64,000 nucleotides of DNA from Squalus acanthias (GCA_030390025.1 CM059432.1:19594001-19658000), one strand, 5' to 3'; numbered from the stretch's first letter, positions 26,371-38,785 are shown. The notes: generated by a model from the sequence alone, not told the origin. Numbers and translations: made by a program.

Positions 26371-26933
26371 ATTATCAGGACAGCATTTCGTTTAATAAAA
26401 CTGATCAAACGAATCTGCTTCTCTTATGTTATTTTGAATCGCGATAATTGCGAAACTTTACACGCTGGAATAAACCTTTGCTGAGAGTTATGAAATATCT
26501 CCTTAAATGTCTGCCATTGCTTTTCTACCGTCCTACCCCTTAATCTATTTTCCCAGTCCACTTTAGCCAATTCTGTCTTCATACCTTTGTAATTGTCTTT
26601 ATTTAGTTTAGGACATTAGTTTCAGATACAAGTTTCTCACCCTCAAACTGAATTTGAAATTCAATCATGCTATGATCACTCTTCCCTAGAGGATCCTTTA
26701 CAATGAGATGATTAATTAATCCTGTCTCATTATACATTACCAGATCAAAAATAGTTTGCTCCCTGGTTGGTTCCACACATATTGTTCTAAGAAACCATCC
26801 CGAATATATTCTATGAACTCGTCCTCAAGGACACCCTTGCAAATTGGATTTGTCCAATCTATATGAAGATTAAAATCACCCATGATTATTGCAGTACCTT
26901 TCTTACAAGCCCCCATTATTTCTTGATTTATAT

Positions 26934-27365
26934 TAGAAACATAGAAACATAGAATCTAGGAGCAGGAGTAGGCCATTCGGCCCGTCGAGCCTGCTCCACC
27001 ATTCAATACGATCATGGCTGATCATCCAAGTCCAGTACCCTGTCCCTGCTTTAATCCCCACAGTACACATATCCCACCCTACCCCCGTAACCCCACGTAT
27101 TTAATTCCCCCTAACATATCCCATCCTATCCCCATAACCCCACATATTTAATCCCCCCCTAACACTAAGGGTCAATTTATCATAGCCAAATCAACCTAAC
27201 CCGCACATTTTTGGACTGTGGGAGGAAACCGGAGCACCCGGAGGAAACCCACGCAGACACGGGGAGAATGTGCAAACTCCACACAGACAGTCACCCGAGG
27301 TCAGATTCGAACCCGGGTCCCTGGCGCTGTGAGGCACCAGTGCTAACCACTATGCCACCGTGTTG
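26934..27365 (-). mobile_element. HE1-like tRNA-derived V-SINE
   Basis: tRNA head with A/B boxes (tggcatagtgg, ggttcgaatc); V-domain gtgtggagtttgcacattctccccgtgtctgcgtgggtttcctccgg; CR1-derived tail with (TAGAAACA)n. Confidence 0.88.
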
Positions 27366-27637
27366 TCCTACAGTCTAGCTACTGTTAGGGGGTCTATAAA
27401 CTACTCCCACCAGTGACTTCTTTCCCATACTATTTCTTATCTCCACCCAAACTGATTCTACATCTTAATCTGCTGAGCCAATATCATTTCTCACCACTGC
27501 ACTGATCTCATCCTTTATTAACAGAGCTACCCCACCGCCTTTCCTTTCTGCCTATCCTTCCGAAATGTCAAATACCTCTGAATATTCAGTTCCCAGCCTT
27601 GGTCACCTTGCAACCACATCTCTTTAATGGCAATCAG

Positions 27638-29337
27638 ATCATCCCAGAGATGTCGGGGACCATAGGGTCTAATGAGAGGGAGGAACTGAATGAAATCAGT
27701 ATTTGTAGGGAAATGGTGTTAGGGAAATTGACAGGATTGAAGGCCGATAAATCCCCAGGGCCTGATAATCTACATCCTAGGGTACTTAAGGAAGTGGCCC
27801 CAGAAATAGTAGATGCATTGCTGGTCATCTTCCAAAATTCTATAGACTCTGGAACAGTTCCCATGGATTGGAGCGTAGCTAATGTAACCCCACTATTTTA
27901 AAAAGGTGGTAGAGAGAAAACGGGGAATTATAGACCGGTAAGCCTGACATCGGTAGTGGCGAAAATGCTAGAGTCCATTATAAAAGATGTAATAGCAGAG
28001 CACTTGGAAAACAGTGACAGGATCGGACAAAGTCAACATGGATTTACAAAAGGTAAATCATGCTTGACTAATCTACTGGAATTTTTTGAGGATGTAACTG
28101 GTAGAATAGATAAGGGAGAACCAGTGGATGTGGTGTATTTGGACTTTCAGAAGGCTTTCAATAAGGTCCCGCATAAGAGATTAGCGTACAAAGTTAAAGC
28201 ACAAGGGATTGGGTGTAAGGTACTGTCTTGGATAGAAAACTGGTTGGCAGACAGGCAGCAAAGAGTTGGAATAAACGGGTCTTTTTCCGAGTGGCAGGCA
28301 GTGACTAGTGAGGTACCGCAGGGATCAGTGCTAGGACCCCAGTTATTCACAATATATATTAATGATCTAGACAAGGGAACTAGATGTAATATCTCCAAAT
28401 TTGCAGACGACACAAAGCTGGGTGGGCGTGTGTGCTGTGAGGAGGATGCAGAGAAACTCCAGTATGATTTGGACAGGTTGGGTGATTGGGCAGATGCATG
28501 GCAGATGCAGTATAATGTGGATAAATGCGAGGTTATCCACTTTGGTGGCAAAAACAGGAAGGCAGATTATTATCTGAATGGCAATAGATTGGGAAAAAGG
28601 GAAGTGCAACGAGACCTGGGTGTCCTTGTGCACCAGTCGCTGAAGGTAAGCATGCAGGTGCAGCAGGCGGTTAAGAAGGCAAATGGTATGTTGGCCTTCC
28701 TAGCGAGAGGATTCGAGTACAGGAGCAAGGATGTCTTGCTGCAGTTGTACAGGGCCTTGGTGAGACCACACCTTGAGTATTGTGTGCAGTTTTGGTCGCC
28801 TTATCTGAGGAAGGATGTTCTTGCCATGGAGGGAGTGCAGCGAAGATTTACCAGACTGATACCTGGGATGGCAGGAATGACGTATGAAGAGAGATTGGGT
28901 CGATTGGGCTTGTATTCGCTAGAGTTTAGAAGAATGAGAGGGGATCTCATTGAAACTTATAAAATTCTAACAGGACTAGACAGACTAGATGCAGGAAGGA
29001 TGTTCCCGATGGCGGCGGAGTCCAGAGTCAGGAGTCACAGTCTAAGGATCATGGGTAAGCCATTTAGGACTGAGATGAGGAGGAATTTCTTCACCCAGAG
29101 AGTGGTGAACCTGTGGAATTCTCTACCACAGAAGACAGTTGAGTCCAATTCATTAAATATATTCAAGAAGGAGTTAGATATATTTCTTAAGGCTAAGGGG
29201 ATCAAGGGATTTGGGGAGAAAGCAGGGACAGGGTACTGAATTTGGATGATCAGCCATGATCGCCTTGAATGGCGGAGCAGGCTCGAGGGGCCGAATGGCC
29301 TACTCCTGCTCCTATCTTCTATGTTTCTATGTTTCTA
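27638..29337 (+). mobile_element. 5'-truncated young CR1 LINE (RT nearly intact), antisense inside the older CR1
   Basis: 427-aa ORF 27956-29239 with VPQGSVLGP and FADD; (TTCTATGT)n tail. Confidence 0.95.
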
Positions 29338-29689
29338 TTTTTATTTGTGCCATCAACTCATCTATCTTGTTACGAATGCTGCGTGCATTCAGATAAAGAG
29401 CCTTTAATTTTGTCTTAATTTAATTTTTCTCTACTCTGACTCTATTTGCTGGTGCACTCTTAAGTTTGTATGCTCTGTCTCTTCCTGTCACACTCTGGTT
29501 CTCACTATCCCTATCGCTACCCTGCACTCTTTCCGCCTTCTTTCTCTTTGACTTTCTAAATTCCCCTTCACCTGAACCCTCCCCCGCACTATTTAGTTTA
29601 AAGCCCTATCTACCGCCCTAGTTATTCGATTCGCCACGACACTAGTCCCAGCGTGGATCAAGTGAAGCCCGTCCCAACGGAACAGCTCC

Positions 29690-30030
29690 CTCTTTCCCCA
29701 GTACTGGTGTCAGTGCCCCATGAATGAAAACCCATTTCTCCCACACCAATCAACTCTCTGATCTTATTAACCCTATGCCAATTTTCTCGTGGCTCAGGTA
29801 GTAATCCAGAGATCATTACCTTTGTGGTTCAGCTTTTTAATTTGGATCGTAGCTCCTGAAACTCACTCAGCAGAACCTCTTTCTTCGTCCTACCTATGTC
29901 GTTGGTTCCTACATGGACCACGACAACTGGATCCTCCTCCTCCTCCTCCCACTTCAAGTTCCTCTCCAGCCCCGAGGAGATGTCTTTAACCCTGGCACCG
30001 GGCAGACAACACAGCCGTCGGGATTCACGC
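29690..30030 (-). pseudogene. CR1 ORF1 SGNH-esterase domain remnant
   Basis: CCLPGARVKDI...VVVHVGTNDIG...EFQELRSKLKS. Confidence 0.85.
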
Positions 30031-31163
30031 TCCTGTTGCTTTTTCTCTCTATCTCTCCCTTTCTGTTTCTGCATCTTTCCTGCTGCTCCCCTCTCTTTAC
30101 ATGTTGCTTTTGCTTTCTCTCTCTGTCTGTCCTCTCCTGTTTCTCTCTCTGAAGTTGATTTTGATTGTGGACGAGCATCAGGTGGGCAGCGGATGGTGAG
30201 ATCGCACCACCCACCCGATGTCCTTGGTGAGAGGCCTGAGCCTTTTTGAGGGCTGGGCCTCTCCTGCATAATGTCGGCGATCTTCGAATTCGGGGAGGGT
30301 GCAGGAAATCTGCCAGTGCCTCCGCGGAACTGAGCTGGAAGTTCAGAGTTAAAGGGGGAGGAGGTAATCACGGGGGCGGGGTGAGGGCAGAGCCTGCCCA
30401 GCAGCGGATGTGCATATATTTGTGGAGCCAGGAGGAGCATGGTTATGCCGCTCTTTGTCTTGATAACAATGGGTGGCGTGCGCACTGTGCCTGAATTGGT
30501 ACCTGAAAATTGCATTGGTGTCCCACAGTTTGCATATTACAAGTAGGCTCCCATCTGAAACAGGGAGTGCAAGCTTTGCCGCCCATTTCTACAACAGGTC
30601 AGAAAGAGCAGAGGATGGATCTGGAGTGGGAATAGGACTGTAATTTTAGCACTGCAATTTTCGGAGTGCTGCCACCCCACTCCCATCTGGGAAGGACATG
30701 AAAATCAGGCCTTTTGACTTTCCCTTCTTCTTTCCTTTCCTTTAGATTTGGAGGTGATGGACGGTATGGAGTGGTGTGAATAGGAGCCATAAATGGCTCC
30801 AGACTGTATTTAGGGTGGAGATTGCAAGGAAATGCGGCCCCCGGCAGTTCCCTTCCCATCCCCTCTCCAATTGCTCATGCTACCTCACATCCCCTTACTC
30901 CCATTGTTTCACCTACCCCTTCAACTTCCCACTGCACCCTTTCTCCCACCCCTCACACCAATCACTACCACTACCTCTTCCCCTTTGACCAACCCACTTG
31001 ACCCTTTTCCCTCCTTTCCTTTCTCCACTGTTACTCAACTCACCTTTAATCCTCCATCCACCTCTCCTCCCAACTCACTCCCCCAAAGGTGGTGTCGAGG
31101 GAACAGAGGCTCCTCCCCCTCAAGCTGTTTCCCTCCTACCCTCCCTTCCTATTTTCTTCCCTC

Positions 31164-31279
31164 AGAGACTTTGTTTGCTTTTAAAATTCATCTAAAAAAA
31201 TCTAATTAAGGGTAAGGCAACAAACTTCAATTTGATTTATTTTTTAAAAAGATGAATTTTAAAAGCAAACAAAGTCTCT
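31164..31279. repeat. Perfect 30-bp inverted repeat with 56-nt spacer
   Basis: agagactttgtttgcttttaaaattcatct (31164-31193) and its reverse complement (31250-31279). Confidence 0.9.
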
Positions 31280-31660
31280 TCTACTGAAATATAGGCATAC
31301 ATTGAAGATTAGAAAGTCTTAGCACAGAGCCTCATAACAGGGTGATAGAAAACTCCTTATGACATGTATAATTCATACATCTAGATGATAGAGTTAAGTA
31401 TTGGCTAGCCTTACCTTGGCAGACTTCCAGACACTCAACATTTTTTTGTTTCTGTTCCCATATCTTTTGGCTACTTGATTCACTCTGTCTGCCACTTCGA
31501 GCCAAGCAGAGTGTATTTATCTCTTGGAGGCAGGTACACTGGGGTCTCAAATAGGGCAAGCCTTCTTTGCTGCATTTCCTGCACAAGTATCTCCAAAGGA
31601 GCTACTGAGAATGATGGTGTTCTGCATCATTGACCAGCGACTTCCATAGCAACAATTTAA

Positions 31661-32098
31661 CATAGAAACATAGAAACATAGAATCTAGGAGCAGGAGTAG
31701 GCCATTCGGCCCGTCGAGCCTGCTCCACCATTCAATACGATCATGGCTGATCATCCAAATCCAGTACCCTGTCCCTGCTTTAATCCCCACAGTACACATA
31801 TCCCACCCTACCCCCGTAACCCCATGTATTTAATTCCCCCTAACATATCCCATCCTATCCCCATAACCCCACATATTTAATCCCCCCCCTAACACTAAGG
31901 GTCAATTTATCATAGCCAAATCAACCTAACCCGCATATTTTTGGACTGTGGGAGGAAACCGGAGCACCCGGAGGAAACCCACGCAGACACGGGGAGAATG
32001 TGCAAACTCCACACAGACAGTCACCCGAGGTCAGATTCGAACCCGGGTCCCTGGCGCTGTGAGGCACCAGTGCTAACCACTATGCCACCGTGTTGCCC
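31661..32098 (-). mobile_element. HE1-like V-SINE, full length
   Basis: Only about four differences from 26934-27365. Confidence 0.9.
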
Positions 32099-32169
32099 TT
32101 TTTAGTAGCTCCTTTAAGCACCAGCTGTAGCCTTTAAGAGCTGCAGCTCTTGAACCACCGCCTGCAAAC

Positions 32170-32740
32170 TACCGCCCCCTACGCCCTTTCCTCTTCAGCG
32201 GCCTTGAATATGTTGTCACTTCCCAAATCTGCACCCACCTTTCCTCCAACTCCATGTTTGAATTTTTCCAATTAGGTTTCTGCCCCTGCCACAGCACTAA
32301 AATAGCACAACTCAAAGTCATAAATGACATCATTTGCTTGTGCGTGTAGTCCACGATTCCTCCTCGTCCCCCTCAACCTCTCTGCAGCCTTTGAGACAAT
32401 CAATCACATCATCCTCCTCCAATGTCTTTCCTCCATTGTCCAGCTCAATGGAACTGCCCTCACATGGTTCCACTCTTAGCTAGTTGTAGCGAGAGCATCT
32501 CCAGCAAAGGTTTCTCTTCCTGCCCCCATAATATTACCTCTGGAGTCCACCAAGGATCTATCCTTAGCCCCTCCTCTTCCTCATCTACGTGCTGCCCTTG
32601 ACAATCACATAGACATGGGGTCGCCTTCCACTGATTCTAACTCTCTAACTCTCCACCCCTTCTCTACTTCCGTTTGTCATACTGTTTGTCTGACATAAGG
32701 TCACAAATTCCTTCAGATAAGTACTGCGAATGCCGAATCA
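32170..32740 (+). mobile_element. Degraded L2 LINE RT fragment
   Basis: ggtttctgcccctgccacagcact (GFxPxHST) and ggagtccaccaaggatctatcctt (GVxQGSIL). Confidence 0.7.
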
Positions 32741-32742
32741 AT

Positions 32743-33180
32743 GGGTACGGTAGCATAGTGGTTATGTTACTGGACTAGTAAGCCAGAGGCCTGGACTAAT
32801 GATCTGGGGAACATGAGTTCATAATCCCACCATGGCAGCTGTGGAATTTAAATTCAGTTAATTAAATAAAAAAAAAATCTAGAACAGAAAGCTAGTATCA
32901 GTAATGGTGACCATGAAACTACTGGATTGTTGTAAAAACCCATCTGGTTCGCTCATGTCCTTTAGGGAAGGAAATCTGCCGTCCTTACCCAATCTGGCCT
33001 ATATGTGACTCCAGACCCACAGCAATGTGGTTGACTCTTAACTGCCCTCTGAAATGGCCTAGCAACTCACTCAGCTGTAAAAGGCGGCTCACCACCACCT
33101 TCTCCAGGGCAATTAGGGATGGGCAATAAATGCTGGCCTTGCCAGTGACACCCACATCCCATGAACAAATAAATTAAAAA
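32743..33180 (+). mobile_element. tRNA-derived SINE with LINE-derived tail
   Basis: Head ggtagcatagtggtta...gagttcataatccc; homologous to the minus copy at 41090-42370. Confidence 0.8.
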
Positions 33181-33769
33181 AGAAATCATCTTCAGACCCT
33201 GCCACAAACTTCAAACCCTTGCCACCAACTCCATTCTACCTGGCCACCTATCTTTGTAACATTCTGCAGCTGGAAAACACCCCCACCCCCCCCCCCTGCC
33301 CTTACCTGAAACTCTCTGTTCCTCTGACTCATCGGCTGGCTAGATCATTCACTCCGGAATTACCCCCATAAATCCCTCCAGCTGGCGGAAACCAGGTGGA
33401 CGGAGATTAAAATCCAAGTGCTCTTGGCCCTGTGGTCATTTTAATGCTGCTGTTTTCCTAGTCGATTAAGACATCCGCCTAATTCAGGCAGAAGCCTCAT
33501 GAATACATGTAAATCGGGGTCCTTTGCACACATAGGACCCCAAAGCCTTTTTAACCGCCCAACTGACCAGAGCATCAGCTGCGGATGCTCCACCCTGTAA
33601 AACCTGGCGGGCAAGACACGGAGGCCTTTTTCGGTAAATGTAAAAATCTATTTTTGTGTGGAGTGCTCCTCTGGGCCTCAGTAAGAAAATTTGCTTACCA
33701 CTGCTCCCCAACCCACCAGATCTCCACTCACCGATGTCTTACCTGAGTGCTGAACCTCTCCGCCTCTCT

Positions 33770-33945
33770 CTCATCCTTTGAGTCGCTCCTTAAAACCTAC
33801 CTCTTTGACAAAGGTTTTGGTCACCTGTCCTAAAATCTCCTTATCTGGCTCGGTGTCAAATGTTGTTTGATAACACTCCTGTGAAGCGCCTTGGGACGTT
33901 TTACTATGTTAATTGCGTTATATAAATGCAAGTTATTGTTGCTGC
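33770..33945 (+). mobile_element. L2 3' end
   Basis: gtgaagcgccttgggacgttttactatgtt...tatataaatgcaagttattgttg. Confidence 0.7.
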
Positions 33946-34227
33946 CGGCTGGGTAGACGCTGGACAGCCCAATATTCGGCTGCGAGCTGCCTTAATGTTC
34001 GTTTCGGACCGGCAGCTTGCCGCATCTATGTCAATGAAGCCTGGTCTTTAAAATGGACTGAGCCTCTTGCAGCCCCTCCCAGCCGCCGGGTCCACGCGTT
34101 CAATCGGCTGGAGTTAAAATCCCCCCCTATTAAGACTGACCACTTGCATGAGATGCTGGGAGATATCACTGAACACTATCCCAGTACGAGTCAGCAAAGG
34201 AAGGCAAGAAATTGGAGAAATAGTTTT

Positions 34228-34358
34228 GGGTAGAAATTCATCTCAGGCGGGTGGCGCAAAATGCAGTCCATGGAACTGAATATCAGGCGCTGTGTATAAC
34301 GGGCGGCCGATCCGATACCGCCCGCTTTGCGCCACCGCCCAAGACGAATTTCTAGCCC
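34228..34358. mobile_element. Tiny (131-bp) Harbinger MITE
   Basis: ~33-bp imperfect TIRs gggtagaaattcatctcaggcgg / ccgcccaagacgaatttctagccc; TSD TTT. Confidence 0.8.
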
Positions 34359-34692
34359 TTTCTTTCCTCACAGGAATGACAACAATGGAATGCACTATTG
34401 GTTTCAAAGCACAAGCACATTTATTTCATAGATAGTACAGACACTGCCACAGGCATACATTGTAGTTTCACACCGAAGGCACTGCTTGACAATTGATTTG
34501 GTCAAGAGTGCATTAAATCGCACATCCCAAATATCTATCACATGGATGAAATTCGCAACTGCCACATACCCCAGACAAAGAAAAATAGAAAATCACTTTA
34601 CGCAAAATATTTTCAACCATACTCTCACTTAATTTCACGTCATGAATTTTGGCAGTTAAAAAAAAGAATTCTTCTATTTCTTTGGTGCATAC

Positions 34693-34768
34693 CTGGACTC
34701 TTTCAAAAAGATGTATGCCAAAAGATAACATCATTGTCAGTATCCAGCTCTGATACATATACCTCAAA
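34693..34768 (-). other. Candidate 76-nt coding exon of an unidentified gene
   Basis: Acceptor tttttttgctgtccatag, donor cag|gtatgc; open frame LRYMYQSWILTMMLSFGIHLFERVQ; lies in non-repeat DNA. Confidence 0.3.
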
Positions 34769-35603
34769 CTATGGACAGCAAAAAAAAGCCTGGGAGGCAG
34801 GGGAACTCTCCCTAGGTGAATTAACATCACGTCTGCAATCTATAGAGGGCGGCAGGAGGTTACGAAGATATTCCGTTATGTTGAGTAGAAAAATCTGACT
34901 TAACCAGCACTGCAGCAATGGTGCTACAGTTTGTGTCAATACCTCTGGGTTGAGAAAGGAAAAATCAACCTGGATTCCAGATCCTGATCACTACCCAATG
35001 ACTCTTGCTGGAAAATGTGCATACGGACAGGATGAGGCGTAGTTCCGATTCCTCCACAGTCAAACATTCTGCCAACATTCTGGCCCCGATACACCTGTGT
35101 GTGCCTGGTGACACTCAGTTCCCAGATGCAAAGGAAAGGAGAAATGGGCGGAAGCCCACAAACCTTTCATTACTCCAGGCTTTTTAGGGGAGGGAGTGTG
35201 GAGCACCTGTAACTGCAGTAGGTAAAGCATTGTAGTAGGGTGGAAATGAGGGAAGAGGGGCCTAACAGGAACTCCTGCTTCATTTTCCACTGAAAACGTC
35301 TGGTGGTGTCCATCAGCCAACCCCCCGCTCCGAACCGGAGGATTTGAGATGGACTTGGGTTCTACCTACTGAAGTCCACAAGAAGGTCCTTTTTATTTTG
35401 CAGGTTAGTGAGGAAGATCTTTGGTGTTGAAATCCTTCTCGATGTTGTTCTTGGACAGAAGGCAGAAGGCCCTGCAGTGGGCAGTTATTACCATTCCTGC
35501 AGGCTTCTGAGTGGCTACTGTAAGGTGGCACGTAAAGTCATCACTTGGGGCGGGTGGCTAGTGTCTGTAAAACTGTTTCCCAGCATGAGTCAGCACCTTC
35601 AAC

Positions 35604-36318
35604 AGAGGTAGAAAAAAGACTGAGGCAGAAAAAGCGAATATCAAATAATAAGGCAGAAATTTCTACAAAACTGCAAACAAAAAGAAGAGATTCTTGTTGA
35701 AACCGGTTTCGGCCTGTTTTCAGGCCCAAAATAGACGATGTGCTGCAAGCGCTTGTCAGAGGCCAGAGGCCCAAGGCTCACCCAGATTGGGCCCCATTTT
35801 AGTAATAGAGGTGAGCGGCCGGTGCCTGTCACACCTCCCGAGGCAGCTCACCTGACGTTGGGGATCGAATTTGGGCCTGTTGCCTCGCCGACAGTGGGCC
35901 TCAGGTAAGTCCTGGGAGGGGGCGCGGAGGAAAAGGCAGACTGGCAGTGGCCCACAGCAGTGCCGTGGGGGCGGGAGGAGCACTGCTGCTCCTCCTGGCT
36001 TCACAGTAGGGGGAGGCAAAGGAAACGTTCCTTACCATTTCTTTGGCTGTCTCCAGCAGCCTCTTTAACGATTGCTGTCGAACTGGGAAAAAACAGAAGG
36101 GTCCTGAAACAGGTGCAAGACTCAACTTTATATATTTAAATTGATACAACGCCGATTTTGGTCCGCCTCCAGGTATGTCTAAAAACACTGAAGAAAATTG
36201 TGGTGGCAGCCATGCTTCCGGCGCAGATCGGACACAGGGCCTCACGCTCAGAAATCTGCATAAGCTGTGTTTGGTTTACACCTGAAAAAAGGACGAAATG
36301 CATACCACTTTCTACCCC
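35604..36318. mobile_element. Probable Harbinger-type MITE
   Basis: Ends gaggtagaaa / tttctacccc; GC-rich interior with ggaggagcactgctgctcctcc hairpin like other MITEs here. Confidence 0.55.
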
Positions 36319-36994
36319 ATTATCTTCCGTCTTTCTAAAGGAACTAAACCTTATGGTATTGTAAATTACCTCTCCGTAAATTTTTCTCTAACTAAAATAA
36401 GCAATGTAATTGTTAAATGAGTATTCTGTAGCTGTTTGTTCTGCAATCCTATCCGTATCGGCGGTGATAATCTTATAAATATTTATGGAGCCCAAGGGGT
36501 CCTATTAATATTCATTTCCATCAGCTCTTTTGAATAGCTCAGACAATATACAAACATCAACTCTCAAAAGCATCACTTTGGGCAAACAGAATGCAAAAAC
36601 ACATCTTAAAGTTCCTGATAATTATGCGATAACAAGAATTATCGTGGTGAGAGTTTTATAGCAATGTCACAAAGTGCAGACGCCGCAACATCTTCAGGGT
36701 AAAGAGGATAATCGGTATAACTTGACCTTTACTTCACTGATGAAGAAAATACGACGTCAAACAGATTGTTCTGCAGAATTTAAACCTGGTGATGTACACT
36801 TAGATGCAATCAGTTTGAAGAAAGGAAAGTTAGTGTTGCCAATCAATACACACTTCCACAAAATAAAACACCAAACGTGCCAATCCTTCTACGCACACCT
36901 CAAGCACCAGCCCTGAAACAGTGACTCTCTTACAGGCACAGCATGGAGTCTACCTTGATTCGAGCCACACCAAATGCCTGCCAGTTACAATATA

Positions 36995-37950
36995 TTCCAG
37001 TTCTGATGGAAGGTCAGCGACCTGAAACATTGGCCTGGAATTTAGGTTGGAGGTGAATTCCATGCAGGCGGGGCTGTAGTGAGGTCGGAAGAACGGGTTT
37101 CCCGAATGTCCCGCAGTTTTTAAACTGCGGGGCTCCTTTAAATTTTTTTCTGTCGGGTTCCCGCCCACAGGCAGACTGATTGACAGGCTGGAGGCCTTTC
37201 AGGCAGAAAGCCTGCTCCACAAGGTCGCAGCCTACGAGAGCAGCGGGGAGTGAGAGAGATCGTGGGGGGGGTCCCGATCGCGCGTGGCGGGGGGGGGGGG
37301 GGGGGCGACGGTGGTTAGGGTGGTCCCGATTGCAGGAGGGGGTGGTCCGATGATGGTTGGGCATGAGCAGATGGTGGTCGGGTGGGTTCAATGGTGGTCA
37401 GGGAGGGTCCCGATCGCAGTTGGGGGGGGGGTTCGATGGTGGTCAGGGGGAACAGACAGATCATGGGGGGTTTACTGGGTAGCTTGTTGGGCCTGGAGGA
37501 AACACTCCTGCTCCTCCTGACCCACAAGCAGTGCCGTAAAGGCACTTACCTCATGGATCCATCCCTTCTCACCTCCTTGCACCTGCCAGGTTTCCAGAGG
37601 CCCGGGAAACCTGGCAGAAATGAGTTAAAAATAGAATGACTGTTAAAGTTAAGGCAGGCAGCCTCATTATAATATTTAAATGACCAAGCTGCTTCCCGCG
37701 AGCGGATTGGTCACTCACTCCTCATCCCACATCTGTTAAAACTGGAAGTGGGCTGGTTCAAGGTGGGTTGGACTCCTGTTTCAGATTTTTTGCATTTTAA
37801 CCTCTGACACGACCCCAACCTACCTGTTTTTGGAGTTAAGGTTCAGCCCATTAACTCTGTGTCTCTCCACAGATACTGCCTAGCCTGCTGAGTGTTTCCA
37901 GCAGTTTCTGTTTATATTTCAGATTTCCAGTATCCGCAGTATTTTGCCGT
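36995..37950 (+). mobile_element. Penelope pseudo-LTR-like short repeat with hammerhead-like core, split by a MITE
   Basis: ctgatggaaggtcagcgacctgaaacatt | aactctg...ctgctgagtgtttccagc; homologous to 41203-42090. Confidence 0.6.
37032..37849. mobile_element. Harbinger MITE with G-rich interior
   Basis: Ends ggcctggaattt / aaggttcagccc; TSD ATT (37029-37031, 37850-37852). Confidence 0.75.
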
Positions 37951-38239
37951 TTGCACAATATATTCCTGTCACTTTGTGCTTTCTGTTTCGCTGAAGTTCA
38001 GCTGATTTGATGGCAAAAGAAGGCTTTCTCATTGCTCATGACAGCAAAAGATTAATCAGCAAATGCAAGTGGTTTTAAAGGGTGATATATTTGGTCATAA
38101 AAGCTCAACTTGTCTGAGAAAGCTTAGTGGCAGGCCAAGGCACGGGACCACCGAGGTTGATAAATGCAGGAGAAAAGATGAGATAAATCAACAAGTTGTG
38201 GTTACACAATGCTAAGCTTGGGTGTTTAAAGCTTGTAGA

Positions 38240-38785
38240 TTGTAGAGTCATAGAGTCACAACGGCACAGAAGGAGGCCATCAAGTCCATGCCGGTTCTCT
38301 GTAGAGCAATCCAGTCAGTCCCATTCCCCTGCTCTATCCCCGTAGCCCTGCAAGTTTATTTCCCTCAAGTGCCTATTCAGTCTCCCCGTAAAAACATTGA
38401 GTGTTTCCGCTTCCACCACTTTCATCGGCAGCGAGTTCTAGGTCCTCACCACTGGCTGCGTAAAATTTTTTTCCCTCACATCCCCCCTGTATCTCTTGCC
38501 CAAAACCTTAAATCTGTGTCCCCTAGTCCTTGTACCATCAACTAGTGGGAGCAGCCTTTCCCCGTCTAGCCTAGGCAAGCAAGAGTGAAGGAGGTGAAGA
38601 GTTCCACAATTTCTAGGTCCTGGGTAAGAATGAGGCTATTTTTCATGCCCTTCAGTTACTGACTCACCAACCTGTGGAAATAGATTTTCTGATTTCCCTT
38701 ACCAAAACCACTTATAATTATCAGATCTCCTCTTAACCTTCTTTGTTCTAACGCAAAGAGCCCCAGTTTCTCCTCATAACTAAAG
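38240..38785 (-). mobile_element. CR1 3' end, degraded
   Basis: (TAGAGTCA)n tail; cacagaaggaggccat 3'UTR motif. Confidence 0.8.

Larger units (their letters stand above)
24207..26462 (-). mobile_element. Solo LTR (~1.2 kb without the Penelope insert), ERV or Gypsy type
   Basis: TGTAA...TTACA termini; 4-bp TSD CGCT (24203-24206, 26463-26466); minus-strand AATAAA at 24425-24430. Confidence 0.8.
21281..30030 (-). mobile_element. Near full-length CR1 LINE (ORF1 esterase, ORF2 endonuclease-RT) split by nested insertions
   Basis: Segments 21281-22170, 23014-24206, 26463-26933, 27363-27637, 29338-30030; ORF pieces 21384-22115, 23248-23895, 23905-24168; (ATAAGAAC)n tail. Confidence 0.93.

Noticed and set aside
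29829..30515. 228-aa ORF as a novel gene
   Set aside because: Chimeric: the C-terminal part is CR1 ORF1 esterase, the rest is unrelated flanking or low-complexity sequence.
30830..31160. Pro/Leu-rich ORFs
   Set aside because: Pyrimidine-rich low-complexity DNA.
31415..31578. Candidate minus-strand exons here and at ~39647-39752 and ~59515-59638
   Set aside because: Splice-like signals are present but peptides are unrecognisable and phases do not chain convincingly.
37260..37480. G-run cluster with G-quadruplex potential and short ggtcccgatcgc repeats
   Set aside because: Low-complexity interior of a MITE; not a CRISPR-like array and no evidence of function.
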